In this document: positions 40,192-50,040 of the stretch, piece after piece
Layout: each line of letters begins with the position of its first letter
How positions within the stretch are numbered: position 1 is the stretch's first letter
From: Rhodocyclaceae bacterium
GTDB lineage: Bacteria; Pseudomonadota; Gammaproteobacteria; Burkholderiales; Rhodocyclaceae
Assembly: GCA_036279515.1 (NCBI GenBank)
Contig: DASUJA010000048.1
Span: 19,479-83,478 of the forward strand
DNA: 64,000 nucleotides
Direction: 5' to 3'
Notes under the pieces: generated by a model
What the model saw: the letters and a program-made list of their open reading frames with translations, nothing else
The model's database searches: none
Told to the model about the DNA's origin: nothing
Program-made: the position numbers and the translations under genes

Positions 40192-40447
40192 GGTGGTGCC
40201 GGTAGCCGGTGGAGCAAAGACCGCTATTGTAAAAGATCGGTTCCCCCTGCGCCCGGCCAAAAGGCCCTGCCAAACAGCGGGGCTTTTGGAGCATGGCTCT
40301 GGGCGCCGTATTCACAGTCCGGGTCTATCCAATGAGACCTTTCGTCGCGCGAAAAGGCTGTCTCCGACAGGCAAGGAATGAACCACGTTAATATGACGAG
40401 TGACCGGCGAGTCCAACGCTACCCACACAAAATTCTCGGAGATTGAA

Positions 40448-41731
40448 ATGAACGCGAAGTTCCTCCTATTGGCGCTTTCTGCCGCACTTGCCGGGATGTG
40501 GCAGGGGCCGGCCATGGCGGATCCAGCCAAAGTAAAGGTGGCGGAGGAAAATCCGATCATCGTCTTTCCCGATGGCACCCAGGGCAGGCCTTCCTTCCTC
40601 AAGAGCATGAAGACCCGATTCGAGACTCCCAACGTCAAAATCGGCGAGCTCCAGAAAGGGTGGCTATGTGCCACGAGCGGCGACCTTGCCTGGAGTTCCA
40701 AGGCCTACAACGCGGTGACGCCGCGGATGCCCAAGATATTCCGTGCCGAGTTGGAAAAGGCGCACTATCCAACGCCCAAAGTCTCCGATGCGATCTTCGA
40801 CGAGCCCAAGGACAAGTCCAAGTCTGAAGCCGAACTGCACGTAGGCATGTTTATCAAAGAGGTTGCAGCAAGCTTCTGCGTGCAGGGCGAAGGCACTTTG
40901 GGCGGCGTGTATCTGAAAATCTTCTGGCAGGTCTATTCCCCCGAGGTGCAGAAAGTGGTGTTCGAGACCACCACCGAAGGCAGTTATCAGCCGGTCGGAT
41001 TCGATAAGGGCGCCGATGTCTTTTTCGACAAGGCCTTTGCCGTGGCATCCCGAAACTTCCTTGCCCAGAAAGGCTTCTACGACGCGGTCACCGGCCCCAT
41101 GCCGGTAGAAGCCAAGGCCGGCGCCGTAGGGGCACCGGAGACACTGAAGCTCAAAACGGCCAAGCCCTATACCGAGCCCCTTGCCAAGAACGTCACCACG
41201 TTGCGCTCGGCGGTGGTCACCATCTTCGGCGAGGTGGGCTCGGGCAGCGGATTTTTCGTCAGCCAGGACGGCTACCTGCTGACCAATCGGCACGTGGTGG
41301 GCAATGCCCGCTTCGTGAAGGTCAAGCTGATAACCGGGCGCGAACTGGTCGGCGAAGTTATTCGCACCGACAAACTGCGGGACGTGGCGCTAGTCAAGAC
41401 CGAACCCATCGCCGTTCAGCCCATCGCCTATCGCGGCAGCGAGCCGAACATCGGCGAGGAGGTGTATGCCCTGGGATCTCCCCTCGGCGACAGGTTCAAC
41501 ACCTCCCTCACCCGCGGCATCCTCAGCGGCTACCGCACCATGGATGAGCAACGCTACCTGCAAAGCGACGTAGCCATACTGCCGGGCAACAGCGGCGGTC
41601 CGCTGCTCGACACCAAGGGCGCCGTTGTCGGGATTACGGTTGCCGGGCTGGGGGCCAAGGGATTGGCCGGCATGAACTTCTTCATCCCTATCGCCGACGC
41701 CTTTGCCAAGTTGGGTGTCGAGCCGAATTGA
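40448..41731 (+). CDS. Secreted trypsin-like serine peptidase (S1C/DegP-like catalytic domain, no PDZ) with an N-terminal domain of about 250 aa of unknown function
   Basis: GGAG ribosome-binding site. Signal peptide. Triad His (TNRHVVGN), Asp (DVALVK), Ser (GNSGGPLL). Confidence 0.8.
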   Translation: MNAKFLLLALSAALAGMWQGPAMADPAKVKVAEENPIIVFPDGTQGRPSFLKSMKTRFETPNVKIGELQKGWLCATSGDLAWSSKAYNAVTPRMPKIFRAELEKAHYPTPKVSDAIFDEPKDKSKSEAELHVGMFIKEVAASFCVQGEGTLGGVYLKIFWQVYSPEVQKVVFETTTEGSYQPVGFDKGADVFFDKAFAVASRNFLAQKGFYDAVTGPMPVEAKAGAVGAPETLKLKTAKPYTEPLAKNVTTLRSAVVTIFGEVGSGSGFFVSQDGYLLTNRHVVGNARFVKVKLITGRELVGEVIRTDKLRDVALVKTEPIAVQPIAYRGSEPNIGEEVYALGSPLGDRFNTSLTRGILSGYRTMDEQRYLQSDVAILPGNSGGPLLDTKGAVVGITVAGLGAKGLAGMNFFIPIADAFAKLGVEPN

Positions 41732-41744
41732 TGTTAAAGAGCGC

Positions 41745-42137
41745 ATGCCCAACACGCCCGACCGCGCCGCTTTCTGGAGAGAGTTCATTTGCTCCAAGTG
41801 CCACTACCCAGAACCGGCAATTCTTCGCGCCCAATTTTCGGTTGCTGAGTTGTCCGAGTTCTGCGACTGTGGATGCAACAGTTTCAAAGTGCGCGTATCG
41901 CCAACTGCCGGTATTGCCCCAATAGCCAAGCCTGGAAAGTACGGCACAGTGTTTGAAGTCAACTTCAAACTCTCTGAAGAAGAAAGGACTCTTGAGATAA
42001 TTCTCTTCGCTGATGAAAAGGGCAATCTCTCTTACGTGGAGATCGACTGCTGTGCCAATAGTTACCCTGTGCCTGAGCGCATCAGTGTCGTTGAACCGCC
42101 GTACTACATCTATGCCAATGTCAGCCGAGCTCTCTAA
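41745..42137 (+). CDS. Hypothetical Cys-rich small protein (lower-GC islet)
   Basis: About 50% GC versus about 65% around it. Cys motifs CSKCH, CDCGC and DCC. No family recognised. Confidence 0.45.
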   Translation: MPNTPDRAAFWREFICSKCHYPEPAILRAQFSVAELSEFCDCGCNSFKVRVSPTAGIAPIAKPGKYGTVFEVNFKLSEEERTLEIILFADEKGNLSYVEIDCCANSYPVPERISVVEPPYYIYANVSRAL

Positions 42138-42148
42138 CCTTTCAGTCG

Positions 42149-42180
42149 AGCGGCCTGCGCGAAAAGCTGCGCAGGCCGCT
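42149..42180. repeat. Perfect 12-bp inverted repeat (hairpin) between the two islet genes
   Basis: AGCGGCCTGCGC-gaaaagct-GCGCAGGCCGCT. No T-run on either side. Confidence 0.5.
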
Positions 42181-42206
42181 CACTTCCACGTTGGCCGTCA
42201 TAGACC

Positions 42207-42620
42207 ATGAGCACCGAAGCTATCGTTATCACACTGTTTCTCGTTGCGGCAGTCATTTGGAAGGCTCGCAACGGTGCTCCATTGCCAAAGCAATTCAAAG
42301 ACCGCGTGTGCCAGGGCGTAGGCTGGCGTCGAGCGTTTCCGACGGCTTCAAAGGAAGACATACGCTCGTTTCTCTCCGTTTTCGTTGAGGCCTTCGTATT
42401 TAGCGGAAAGCAGCGACTGAAGTTCAACCCCAATGATGAAATCCTATCAATCTACCGAGCGCTTTATCCCCACAGGTGGCAACCAGACGCGCTCGAGTTT
42501 GAAACGCTTGCCAAGTTGGTTGAGAAAAATTACAGAGTCAACTTTTCCGAGGCATGGAAAGACGGCCTCACTCTCGGCGAGTTGTTTGCTGTAGCTCACG
42601 GCATAGCACGCCACCAATGA
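42207..42620 (+). CDS. Hypothetical small membrane-anchored protein (lower-GC islet)
   Basis: N-terminal TM (IVITLFLVAAVIW). About 48% GC. No family recognised. Confidence 0.45.
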   Translation: MSTEAIVITLFLVAAVIWKARNGAPLPKQFKDRVCQGVGWRRAFPTASKEDIRSFLSVFVEAFVFSGKQRLKFNPNDEILSIYRALYPHRWQPDALEFETLAKLVEKNYRVNFSEAWKDGLTLGELFAVAHGIARHQ

Positions 42621-42700
42621 CGCCCAACCAATCCAACGAGTGGCCCTGTTCCGGCCTGCGGCCCCCACGGTCCGCTCACCAAACGTTGGTCGCTGACCGC

Positions 42701-43333
42701 CTACCCCATCCACCCCTGATCCATCGCATATTTGACGAAGCCCGCCGGCGTGGTGATGCCGAGCTTGCGGCGCAGGCTCAGGCGGTGGGTTTCCACGGTG
42801 CGCACGCTGATGTCCAGGCGCTGGGCGATGCGTTTGTTGTTGAGTCCGTTGGCTAGCAATAGCAGGATTTCCCGTTCCCGTTCGGTGATGGGGCAGGGAT
42901 TCAACTCGGCGGGGAAGGCCAGGGCCGCCATGACCACTGGATCGAAATGGCTGCCCCCGGCGGCGATGGTGTCGATGGCGGCGATGATGTCGGTCACCGG
43001 CGTGTCCTTCAGCACGTAGCCCGACGCCCCGGCGCGCACGGCGCTGGCCACGTACTCGGCCTTGTCGTACATGGTGAGCAGCATCACTTTGATGTCTGGC
43101 AGTCGTTTCTTCAGTTGCAGGGTGAACTCGATACCGTTCATGCCCTTCATGCTGATGTCTGCCAGCACCAGTTGCGGACGCAGGTGCTCAAGCATTTCCA
43201 ACGCTTCCTCGCCGCTACCCGCTTCGCCGAGGACGTGCAGATGGGGCGTGGCGTCGAGGCGGGCGCGCAGGCCGTCGCGCACCAGGGGGTGGTCGTCCAC
43301 CAGCAGTAGTTCGATTTTCTTATCCATGCTCAT
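42701..43333 (-). CDS. NarL/FixJ-family response regulator (receiver + LuxR-type HTH)
   Basis: LLVDDHPLVRDGL. C-terminal ...ILLLLANGLNNKRIAQRLDISVRTVETHR. Confidence 0.9.
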   Translation of the reverse strand: MSMDKKIELLLVDDHPLVRDGLRARLDATPHLHVLGEAGSGEEALEMLEHLRPQLVLADISMKGMNGIEFTLQLKKRLPDIKVMLLTMYDKAEYVASAVRAGASGYVLKDTPVTDIIAAIDTIAAGGSHFDPVVMAALAFPAELNPCPITEREREILLLLANGLNNKRIAQRLDISVRTVETHRLSLRRKLGITTPAGFVKYAMDQGWMG

Positions 43334-44685
43334 GCCTCCTGGCTTGGCAAGTTGACCGTGAGCATCGTGCTGCCCGGCTGGGATTCCATCTGGAAGCTAC
43401 CACCCAAATACTCCACCCGCTCGCGCATGTTGCGCAGGCCGATGCCGTGGAGTTGACGCCGGTCCATGGCCTCCACGTTGAAACCAACACCGTTGTCATG
43501 AATGCTGAGGATGACGTTGTCTCCTTTGTCGCATAAAGCTACTTCCACCTGGCTCGCATGGGCGTGACGCTCGATGTTGGTGAGCCCTTCTTGGACGATG
43601 CGGAACAAGGTGAGCGACGAGCTCTCCGCCAGATTGTCCGGCATGGGTTCGATCCGTGTCGTCACATCGATGCCGGTGCGGGTGCCGAAGTCGCTGAGCA
43701 ATTGTTCCAGGGCTGAGGCCAAGCCCAGGTCGTCGAGCAGCGTGGGACGCAGATCGTGGGAGATGCGGCGCACTTCGCCAATGGCCCCAGAAAGGTTGTC
43801 CAAGCCTCGGCGCAGATCGGGCAGGGACGAGGGATCGCCGCTTTCCAGCTTGTGCTCCACCAACTCGAACTGGAACTTCACCGATACCAGTAACTGGCTG
43901 ATGCCGTCGTGCAGTTCGCGGGCAACGCGGGAGCGTTCCTCTTCCTGCAAGGTCACGATGCGCTGGGTCAATTCCTTCTGCTTGTGGTCCGCCAGCCGGT
44001 GTTCGCTTACGTTAAGCATGATGCCGCCGGCAAACATCACCAGCACCGAAATCGCCGCGATTATCGCCAGCTTCTGCATCGTGGTGTGGATGTTCGCCGC
44101 CACGTCCTCGCGCATCTTGTGCGTGGTGCGCTCCACGTCGTCCAGGTAAAGCCCGGTGCCCATCATCCAGCCATAGCGGGGAATGGAAACCGCATAGCCG
44201 AGCTTTTCCGCCAGCTGCTGGTTGGATGGCTTTTCCCACATGTAGCTGAAGTAGCCGCCGCCCGCCTGCGCCGCTCTGATCAGGCCTTGGACCACGGGTA
44301 TGCCTTGGGGATCACGGAGTTCCCATAGGTTCTTGCCTACCAGTTCCGGCTGGCGCGGGTGAACCAGGTTGACGCCCTTCATGTCATAGACGAAGAAGTA
44401 GCCATCGTTGCCGAAATCCATGTCTCGCAGTAGTGACTTGGCCCGTTCCTGCGCTGCCGTACCGCTGGTGCCATCGGCCTGCAAATGGTTGATGGCCGTA
44501 GTGGCGAGATGCACATAGTTGGCCAGCTCGTCGCGGCGCGCAGCGAGGAAGCGTTCTTCGATCAGGGATGCCTGGGCATCGGCCAGCTGCGTGGTCTGAT
44601 CTTTCACCACGTAAGCCAGGGTGGCGATCACCAACAGCATGGGCAGCACGGTGAGCAGCATGATTCTGTATTGGAGCCTCAACAT
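43330..44685 (-). CDS. Sensor histidine kinase with a periplasmic Cache-like domain, HisKA_3/HATPase_c
   Basis: GGAGGG ribosome-binding site before ATG 44685. TM, periplasmic Cache-like region (DGYFFVYDMKGVNLVHP...YMWEKP), TM. H-box ARELHDGISQ. ATPase domain. 4-bp overlap with the RR gene. Confidence 0.85.
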   Translation of the reverse strand: MLRLQYRIMLLTVLPMLLVIATLAYVVKDQTTQLADAQASLIEERFLAARRDELANYVHLATTAINHLQADGTSGTAAQERAKSLLRDMDFGNDGYFFVYDMKGVNLVHPRQPELVGKNLWELRDPQGIPVVQGLIRAAQAGGGYFSYMWEKPSNQQLAEKLGYAVSIPRYGWMMGTGLYLDDVERTTHKMREDVAANIHTTMQKLAIIAAISVLVMFAGGIMLNVSEHRLADHKQKELTQRIVTLQEEERSRVARELHDGISQLLVSVKFQFELVEHKLESGDPSSLPDLRRGLDNLSGAIGEVRRISHDLRPTLLDDLGLASALEQLLSDFGTRTGIDVTTRIEPMPDNLAESSSLTLFRIVQEGLTNIERHAHASQVEVALCDKGDNVILSIHDNGVGFNVEAMDRRQLHGIGLRNMRERVEYLGGSFQMESQPGSTMLTVNLPSQEA

Positions 44686-44703
44686 CGCTTCTTCTCCCCC
44701 TCC

Positions 44704-44734
44704 TTGCGCACCGCAAGTATTTTTGGTGCGCAAG
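44704..44734. promoter_or_regulatory. 10-bp perfect inverted repeat in the HK-RR / liv divergent region (candidate operator)
   Basis: CTTGCGCACC-N11-GGTGCGCAAG, 20-50 nt upstream of the HK start. Confidence 0.4.
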
Positions 44735-44858
44735 TGTAGGACATCCCTTTGCCCTCACCCGCTGCGTAGTTTTACGGATATCTGAGTTGGCCAATACTGC
44801 ATAGCATTTGCATGGTACTTTAGGTCTGAATTTTTTCACCACAAAGGAGGAGTCAAGC

Positions 44859-46100
44859 ATGAAGAAAACCATCATCAGCGGCATGCTCATCGCCATGCTG
44901 GGCACGTCTGCCTGGGCGGCCGATACCATCAAGCTCGCTATCACCGGCCCTTTCAGCGGCGGCTCTGCTCCCATGGGCGTATCCATGCGCGACGGCGCCA
45001 AGCTTGCAGTCAGCACCATCAATGGCCAGGGTGGCGTCGATGTGGGCGGCAAGAAGCTGAAGATCGAAGTGATCGAGCGCGACGACGAAGCCAAGAACGA
45101 ACGTGGTGCGCTCATCGCCCAGGAACTGGCCGCCATGGGCGATCTGTCCGGCGTGATCGGCACGGTGAATACCGGCGTGGTGCTGGCTGGAGACAAGTTC
45201 CTCCAGGAAAAGGGCATCGTCAAGATCATCACTCCCGCTGCCGGTTCCGCTTCCATGACCCAGTGGCGCGACGCCAAGGTCAAGGATTTGTCCATCTTCC
45301 GCTTCGCAGCCCATGACGGCATCCAAGCCGCGATGGTGGTGGAAGAAGCCATCAACCGTAAGCTCACCAAGGTCGCCATCCTTCACGACGCGACCAACTA
45401 TGGCGTGTCCGGTCGCAACGACTTGATGGACCAGATCAAGAAGCAGGGCGGCAAGCTGGAAGTGGTCGCCACTGAGAAGTTCAACATCGGCGACAAGGAC
45501 ATGAGTGCCCAGTTGCTGCACGCCAAGTCCGCCGGCGCCCAGGCCATTCTGATTTGGGGTATCGGGCCTGAACTGGCTGCCGTTGCCAACGGTATGGCCA
45601 AGGTCGGCATGAAGGTGCCCCTGATCGGCGGTTGGACCCTGTCCATGGCGAACTACATCGACAACGCCGGCAAGAACGCCGACGGCACGCTGATGCCGCA
45701 GACCTTCATTGAAGAGCCCATTACGCCCAAGGCCAAGGCCTTCATCGATGCCTACCATCGGACGAACAGCGTGCCGCGCATTCCCTCTCCCGTTTCTGCG
45801 GCCCAAGGCTACGACGCTGTGTTGATCTTCGCTGCGGCAGTGAAGCAAGCCGGTAGCACCGATTCCAAGAAGGTCAAGGAAGCCCTGGAAGACCTGAAAG
45901 AACCCGTGCAAGGCGTGATCGCCACCTGGAACAAGCCCTTCGCCAAGTGGAACCCGGATGACGAATCCACCCACGAAGCCTTCCGCCGCGAACAAGCCGT
46001 CATGGGCATGGTCAAAGACGGTCGTGTGACCTTTGCCAACGAGGCCGACCGCGCTCGCCTGGCCAAGGCCGAAGGCGGCAAGAAGCCCGCCAAGAAGTAA
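44859..46100 (+). CDS. Branched-chain amino acid ABC transporter substrate-binding protein (LivK family)
   Basis: AGGAGG ribosome-binding site. Signal peptide. Type-I periplasmic binding fold (KLAITGPFSGGSAPMG...). Confidence 0.85.
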   Translation: MKKTIISGMLIAMLGTSAWAADTIKLAITGPFSGGSAPMGVSMRDGAKLAVSTINGQGGVDVGGKKLKIEVIERDDEAKNERGALIAQELAAMGDLSGVIGTVNTGVVLAGDKFLQEKGIVKIITPAAGSASMTQWRDAKVKDLSIFRFAAHDGIQAAMVVEEAINRKLTKVAILHDATNYGVSGRNDLMDQIKKQGGKLEVVATEKFNIGDKDMSAQLLHAKSAGAQAILIWGIGPELAAVANGMAKVGMKVPLIGGWTLSMANYIDNAGKNADGTLMPQTFIEEPITPKAKAFIDAYHRTNSVPRIPSPVSAAQGYDAVLIFAAAVKQAGSTDSKKVKEALEDLKEPVQGVIATWNKPFAKWNPDDESTHEAFRREQAVMGMVKDGRVTFANEADRARLAKAEGGKKPAKK

Positions 46101-46148
46101 AGAGAAACCCTAACCGCCTTAAACACGGAGGGCACGGAGGAAAACGGA

Positions 46149-46245
46149 AGACGTCATCCCCGCGGAAGCGGGGATCCAGCGGACGTAAAACCTGGACTTC
46201 CGCACCCCAAGGGCACTTCCTGCGGGGTGCCTTCGCGGGAGTGAC
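46149..46245. repeat. REP-like palindromic intergenic element (copy B)
   Basis: Outer inverted repeat CGTCATCCCCGCG...CGCGGGAGTGACG. Core GCACCCCAAGGGCACTTCCTGCGGGGTGCCTTCGCGGG shared with copy A at 1672-1716. Confidence 0.6.
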
Positions 46246-46313
46246 GACGTTAGTTGCATCTCCGGCCCCCCTTCTTGCTCTCCGCGTTCTCCGCGTCAAA
46301 AGAGGTTGCCCTT

Positions 46314-47192
46314 ATGGACATATCCGTCGTCATTCAAATTGCAGTCAGCGGCGCGCTGATGGGCTTGGTGTACGCCCTCATCGCCTACGGCTTCCAGCTC
46401 ACCTTCGCCACCAGCAAGACCATCAATTTCGGTCAGGGCGAACTGGTGATGCTCTCCGCTTTCTTCAGTCTCACTCTAACCAACCTCGGCGTTCCCTATT
46501 GGCTGATGATTCCCGGCGGCCTGCTGTTCGGCGCTGCCCTGGGCTTGTTCGTCGAACGCGCCGCCGTGCGCCTTGCCTTGGAGCAAAAGAGCGAAGGATG
46601 GATTCTGCTCACCATCATCCTCGGCCTGCTCGGCTTCTCCACCGCAGAAAACATTTGGGGCCGGGATGATCGCCCCTTCCCCACGCCCATTTCCGCCGAT
46701 CCCATCCATATCCTCGGCGTAGACGTCACGCCTCTGGAAATTTCCGTGGCCGTGGGGGTCATCGGCATCATGGGCATCATCGAATTGTTCAAGCGTCGCA
46801 CGCTGCTGGGCAAAGCCTTTGAAGCTGTGTCCGCCGATCGGGATGCAGCCGAACTGATGGGCATCTCCTCCACCCGCACCGTCATGCTTTCCTACGGTCT
46901 ATCCGGTGCGGTAGCAGCCCTGGCCGGCATCCTTGTTTCCCCCATCACCACCGTCGGTCCCACCATGGCGTCCGCCCTGATCCTCAAGGCCTTCTCCGTG
47001 GCCGTGGTGGCCGGTCTCGAATCCGGCTTCGGCGTGGTGATCGTGGGCCTCTTCCTCGGCGGCCTGGAAAACATGGCGAGCCTCTATCTCGGCAGCGGCT
47101 GGCGCGAAGCGCCGGGCCTCGTGCTGTTGATTACGGCCCTCGCCCTGCGTCCCAACGGCATCTTCGGCAAAGCCAGCATCCGGAAGGTCTGA
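46314..47192 (+). CDS. Branched-chain amino acid ABC transporter permease (LivH-like)
   Basis: Multi-TM. Typical LivH N-terminus IAVSGALMGLVYALIAYGFQLTF. Confidence 0.85.
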   Translation: MDISVVIQIAVSGALMGLVYALIAYGFQLTFATSKTINFGQGELVMLSAFFSLTLTNLGVPYWLMIPGGLLFGAALGLFVERAAVRLALEQKSEGWILLTIILGLLGFSTAENIWGRDDRPFPTPISADPIHILGVDVTPLEISVAVGVIGIMGIIELFKRRTLLGKAFEAVSADRDAAELMGISSTRTVMLSYGLSGAVAALAGILVSPITTVGPTMASALILKAFSVAVVAGLESGFGVVIVGLFLGGLENMASLYLGSGWREAPGLVLLITALALRPNGIFGKASIRKV

Positions 47193-47196
47193 CACC

Positions 47197-49152
47197 ATGA
47201 AAAGATTCCTCTTGATTCGCGGCGCCGAACTGGTCGCCCTGCTGTTCCTCGCCGCCATTCCTCTGGTGGTGAACAATCCCTTCGCTCTGGGCCTGCTCAC
47301 GCTGCTTGCCATCTACGGCATTCTGCTGATCGGCCTCGACGTGACCGTGGGCTATCTGGGGCAAGTGAATTTGGCCCAGGCCGCCTTCCTTGGCATCGGT
47401 GCCTACACCTCCGGTCTACTGGTGATGAGCGGCGGCTACAGTCTCCTGCCCTCACTCGCTGCTGCCTTCTTTATTTGTCTGGTGCTCGGCTCGCTGTTGG
47501 CCTTGCCTTCCCTGCGTCTGGAAGGTCCGCAATTCGCCCTGGCGACCCTGAGTTTCCTGGCATTGACCACCACCGTACTCAATGAATGGGAAGGCCTCAC
47601 CAAGGGTGCCGAAGGCTTGAGCATCACGCGCCCGCCCCTGTTCGGCGTGAGCCTGGATGCCCCCGGCTTCTATTGGCTCTGTCTCGGTCTGATGGCCCTG
47701 GTCTGGATGGCCATGCGCAACCTGCTGTCCTCCCAATGGGGCCGCGCCTTTGAAGCCCTGCGCGACAGCCCCATCGCCACCGACGCCATGGGCGTGGGCA
47801 CCTATCGCCACAAGGTGATCGCCTTCGCCTTCGGCTCCGGCCTGGGTGGTCTGGCAGGCGGCCTCTACGCCTTCAACTTCCAGTACCTGCAACCCCAAAG
47901 CTTCGTCTATGAGCTGATGGTCATCCTGCTCCTGGGCGTGGTGCTCGGCGGTCGCAAGAGCCTGTGGGGTGCTGTCGTCGGCGCGGCCCTGATCGTGCTG
48001 CTGCCCAATCTGCTCTCCAATCGCAGCCTGTTCCAGATCTTCTCCGTGATCGGCCTGGTAGTCGCTGTCGGTGCCGGCTCCCGCGCCTGGATGAAGAAGT
48101 CGGTGCGTCCCTTCCAGGTCATCGCGCCCATCGTTGCCATGGGTCTGCTGGCCGTTGGCAGCTTCCTGGTCAGCAACACCGAAGACTGGCGCAAGGCGAT
48201 CTTCGCCCTGATGCTGTTCTCCGTGGTGGTGGGTTTGCCCGAAGGTTTGATGGGCTGGGCCGCTGGCGCCCTGGCACGGTTGTTCCGCGTGGAGCCGGCT
48301 GCGCTGCCTGCGGCAACGTCCCTCGACGACGTGCTGCCCATGCAGCCGGCAAGCGATCTGACTCTGCTGGAACTGCGCGAACTCAAGCGCCACTTCGGCG
48401 GCGTCAAGGCGGTGGATGGCGTGTCCATCAGCGTCAAGACAGGCCACATCCATGGCTTGATCGGTCCCAACGGTTCCGGCAAGTCCACGGCGGTGAACGT
48501 GATCTCCGGTCTCTACGCCCCCACCTCTGGTGAACTGCTGCTGGACGGAAAATCCTTGCCCAAGGGCAGCCTGTACAAAGTGGCCGGCGCCGGTATCGCC
48601 CGCACCTTCCAAAACCTGCAACTGTTCGGCGAACTGACGGCCCTGGACAACGTGATGGTGGCCTTGCGGGACACCTACCGCATGCCCTGGCCCTTCGTGT
48701 TGCTCGGCTTTGCTCGCGGCGAAGAGAAGAAGGCCCAGGCCGACGCGCTCTCTCTGCTCGAACTGGTGGGCCTCGCCGGTGAAGCCCGAACCAAGGCCAA
48801 GGACCTGACCTACGGCGCCCAGCGTTTCCTGGAAATCGCCCGAGGTCTAGCGCGCAAGCCCCGCCTGCTGATCCTGGACGAGCCCGCCGCCGGCCTCGCT
48901 CACCCGGACGTGAACGTCCTGGTGGACATCATCAAGCGTGTCCATGGTCGCGGCATCACCATGATCCTGATCGAGCATCACATGGACGTGGTGTGCGAAC
49001 TCTGCGACACGGTGACTGTGCTCGACGGCGGTCGCATCATCGCCGAAGGCGACCCGGACATCGTCAAGCGCGATCCCAAGGTGGTGGAAGCCTATCTGGG
49101 CGCCATGGCGTCCGACCAACCTCCCGCCGGTGCTCACCCGGCAGCCGCCTGA
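47197..49152 (+). CDS. Fused LivM-type permease and LivG-type ATP-binding subunit
   Basis: N-terminal permease of about 330 aa, then LELRELKRHFGGVKAV...GLIGPNGSGKST (Walker A)...LDEPAAGL (Walker B). One 651-aa ORF. Confidence 0.85.
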   Translation: MKRFLLIRGAELVALLFLAAIPLVVNNPFALGLLTLLAIYGILLIGLDVTVGYLGQVNLAQAAFLGIGAYTSGLLVMSGGYSLLPSLAAAFFICLVLGSLLALPSLRLEGPQFALATLSFLALTTTVLNEWEGLTKGAEGLSITRPPLFGVSLDAPGFYWLCLGLMALVWMAMRNLLSSQWGRAFEALRDSPIATDAMGVGTYRHKVIAFAFGSGLGGLAGGLYAFNFQYLQPQSFVYELMVILLLGVVLGGRKSLWGAVVGAALIVLLPNLLSNRSLFQIFSVIGLVVAVGAGSRAWMKKSVRPFQVIAPIVAMGLLAVGSFLVSNTEDWRKAIFALMLFSVVVGLPEGLMGWAAGALARLFRVEPAALPAATSLDDVLPMQPASDLTLLELRELKRHFGGVKAVDGVSISVKTGHIHGLIGPNGSGKSTAVNVISGLYAPTSGELLLDGKSLPKGSLYKVAGAGIARTFQNLQLFGELTALDNVMVALRDTYRMPWPFVLLGFARGEEKKAQADALSLLELVGLAGEARTKAKDLTYGAQRFLEIARGLARKPRLLILDEPAAGLAHPDVNVLVDIIKRVHGRGITMILIEHHMDVVCELCDTVTVLDGGRIIAEGDPDIVKRDPKVVEAYLGAMASDQPPAGAHPAAA

Positions 49153-49163
49153 AGGAGAACAAC

Positions 49164-49880
49164 ATGCTGAAAGTCGAAAACCTCCACGCAGGCTACGGCG
49201 GTGCCGAAGTCCTCAACGGCGTGAATCTGGAAGTGAAGGCCGGCACCGTGGTCGCCCTGATCGGCGCCAACGGCGCAGGCAAAACCACCACCATGCGCGC
49301 TATCTCCGGCATGGTGCGGCCGAGCCAAGGCAGCGTCACCGTCGACGGCGAAGCCGTGGCCGGCATGCCCGCGTCGCGCATCGCCCGCCTGGGCCTCGCC
49401 CACTCGCCCGAAGGCCGCAAGGTGTTCGGCCCTCTGTCGGTGGAAGACAACCTGCTGCTGGGCGCCTATCGCCGCCTGCCACGCTTCCTCGGTTTCCGCG
49501 ACAAGGCCCAGGACGATCTGCGCAAGGTGTACGAACTCTTCCCCCGCCTGGAGGAACGCCGCAAGCAATACTCCGGCACCCTCTCCGGTGGCGAACAGCA
49601 GATGCTCGCCATCGGCCGCGCCCTCATGTCCCAACCCAAGGTGGTGCTGCTGGACGAACCCTCCATGGGCCTCGCCCCGGTGATCGTGCAGGAAGTGTTT
49701 TCCATCATCCGTCGCCTCAAAGAAGCGGGCATCACCCTGCTGCTGGTGGAACAGTTCGCCAAGAGCGCGCTCGAAGTGGCGGACTACGCCTACGTGATGG
49801 AGCGGGGCCGTATCGCAGTGGCAGGCACGCCCGCCGAACTGAGCCGCGACGAACGAGTGTTGTCGGCCTATCTAGGCTGA
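49164..49880 (+). CDS. Branched-chain amino acid ABC transporter ATP-binding protein (LivF-like)
   Basis: GAAGGAGA ribosome-binding site. GANGAGKTT. LSGGEQQMLAIGRAL. LLDEPSMGL. Confidence 0.9.
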   Translation: MLKVENLHAGYGGAEVLNGVNLEVKAGTVVALIGANGAGKTTTMRAISGMVRPSQGSVTVDGEAVAGMPASRIARLGLAHSPEGRKVFGPLSVEDNLLLGAYRRLPRFLGFRDKAQDDLRKVYELFPRLEERRKQYSGTLSGGEQQMLAIGRALMSQPKVVLLDEPSMGLAPVIVQEVFSIIRRLKEAGITLLLVEQFAKSALEVADYAYVMERGRIAVAGTPAELSRDERVLSAYLG

Positions 49881-49967
49881 TCTATCCCGCTGCTGTTGGA
49901 ACCGCCTGCACGTCTCTCCTCCGCGTCAGGCGTTCCATTTCCCCACGGCGCATCGCGCGCCGTTTTA

Positions 49968-49997
49968 AGCTGTCCTTCGGGACGGCTTCTTCTTTTC
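49968..49997 (+). terminator. Rho-independent terminator of the liv operon
   Basis: GCTGTCCTTCGGGACGGC followed by TTCTTCTTTTCT. Confidence 0.6.
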
Positions 49998-50040
49998 TGG
50001 GGCGATCCCGAGACAGGAGGTTGTGTGTGAAGGGTTCCGC

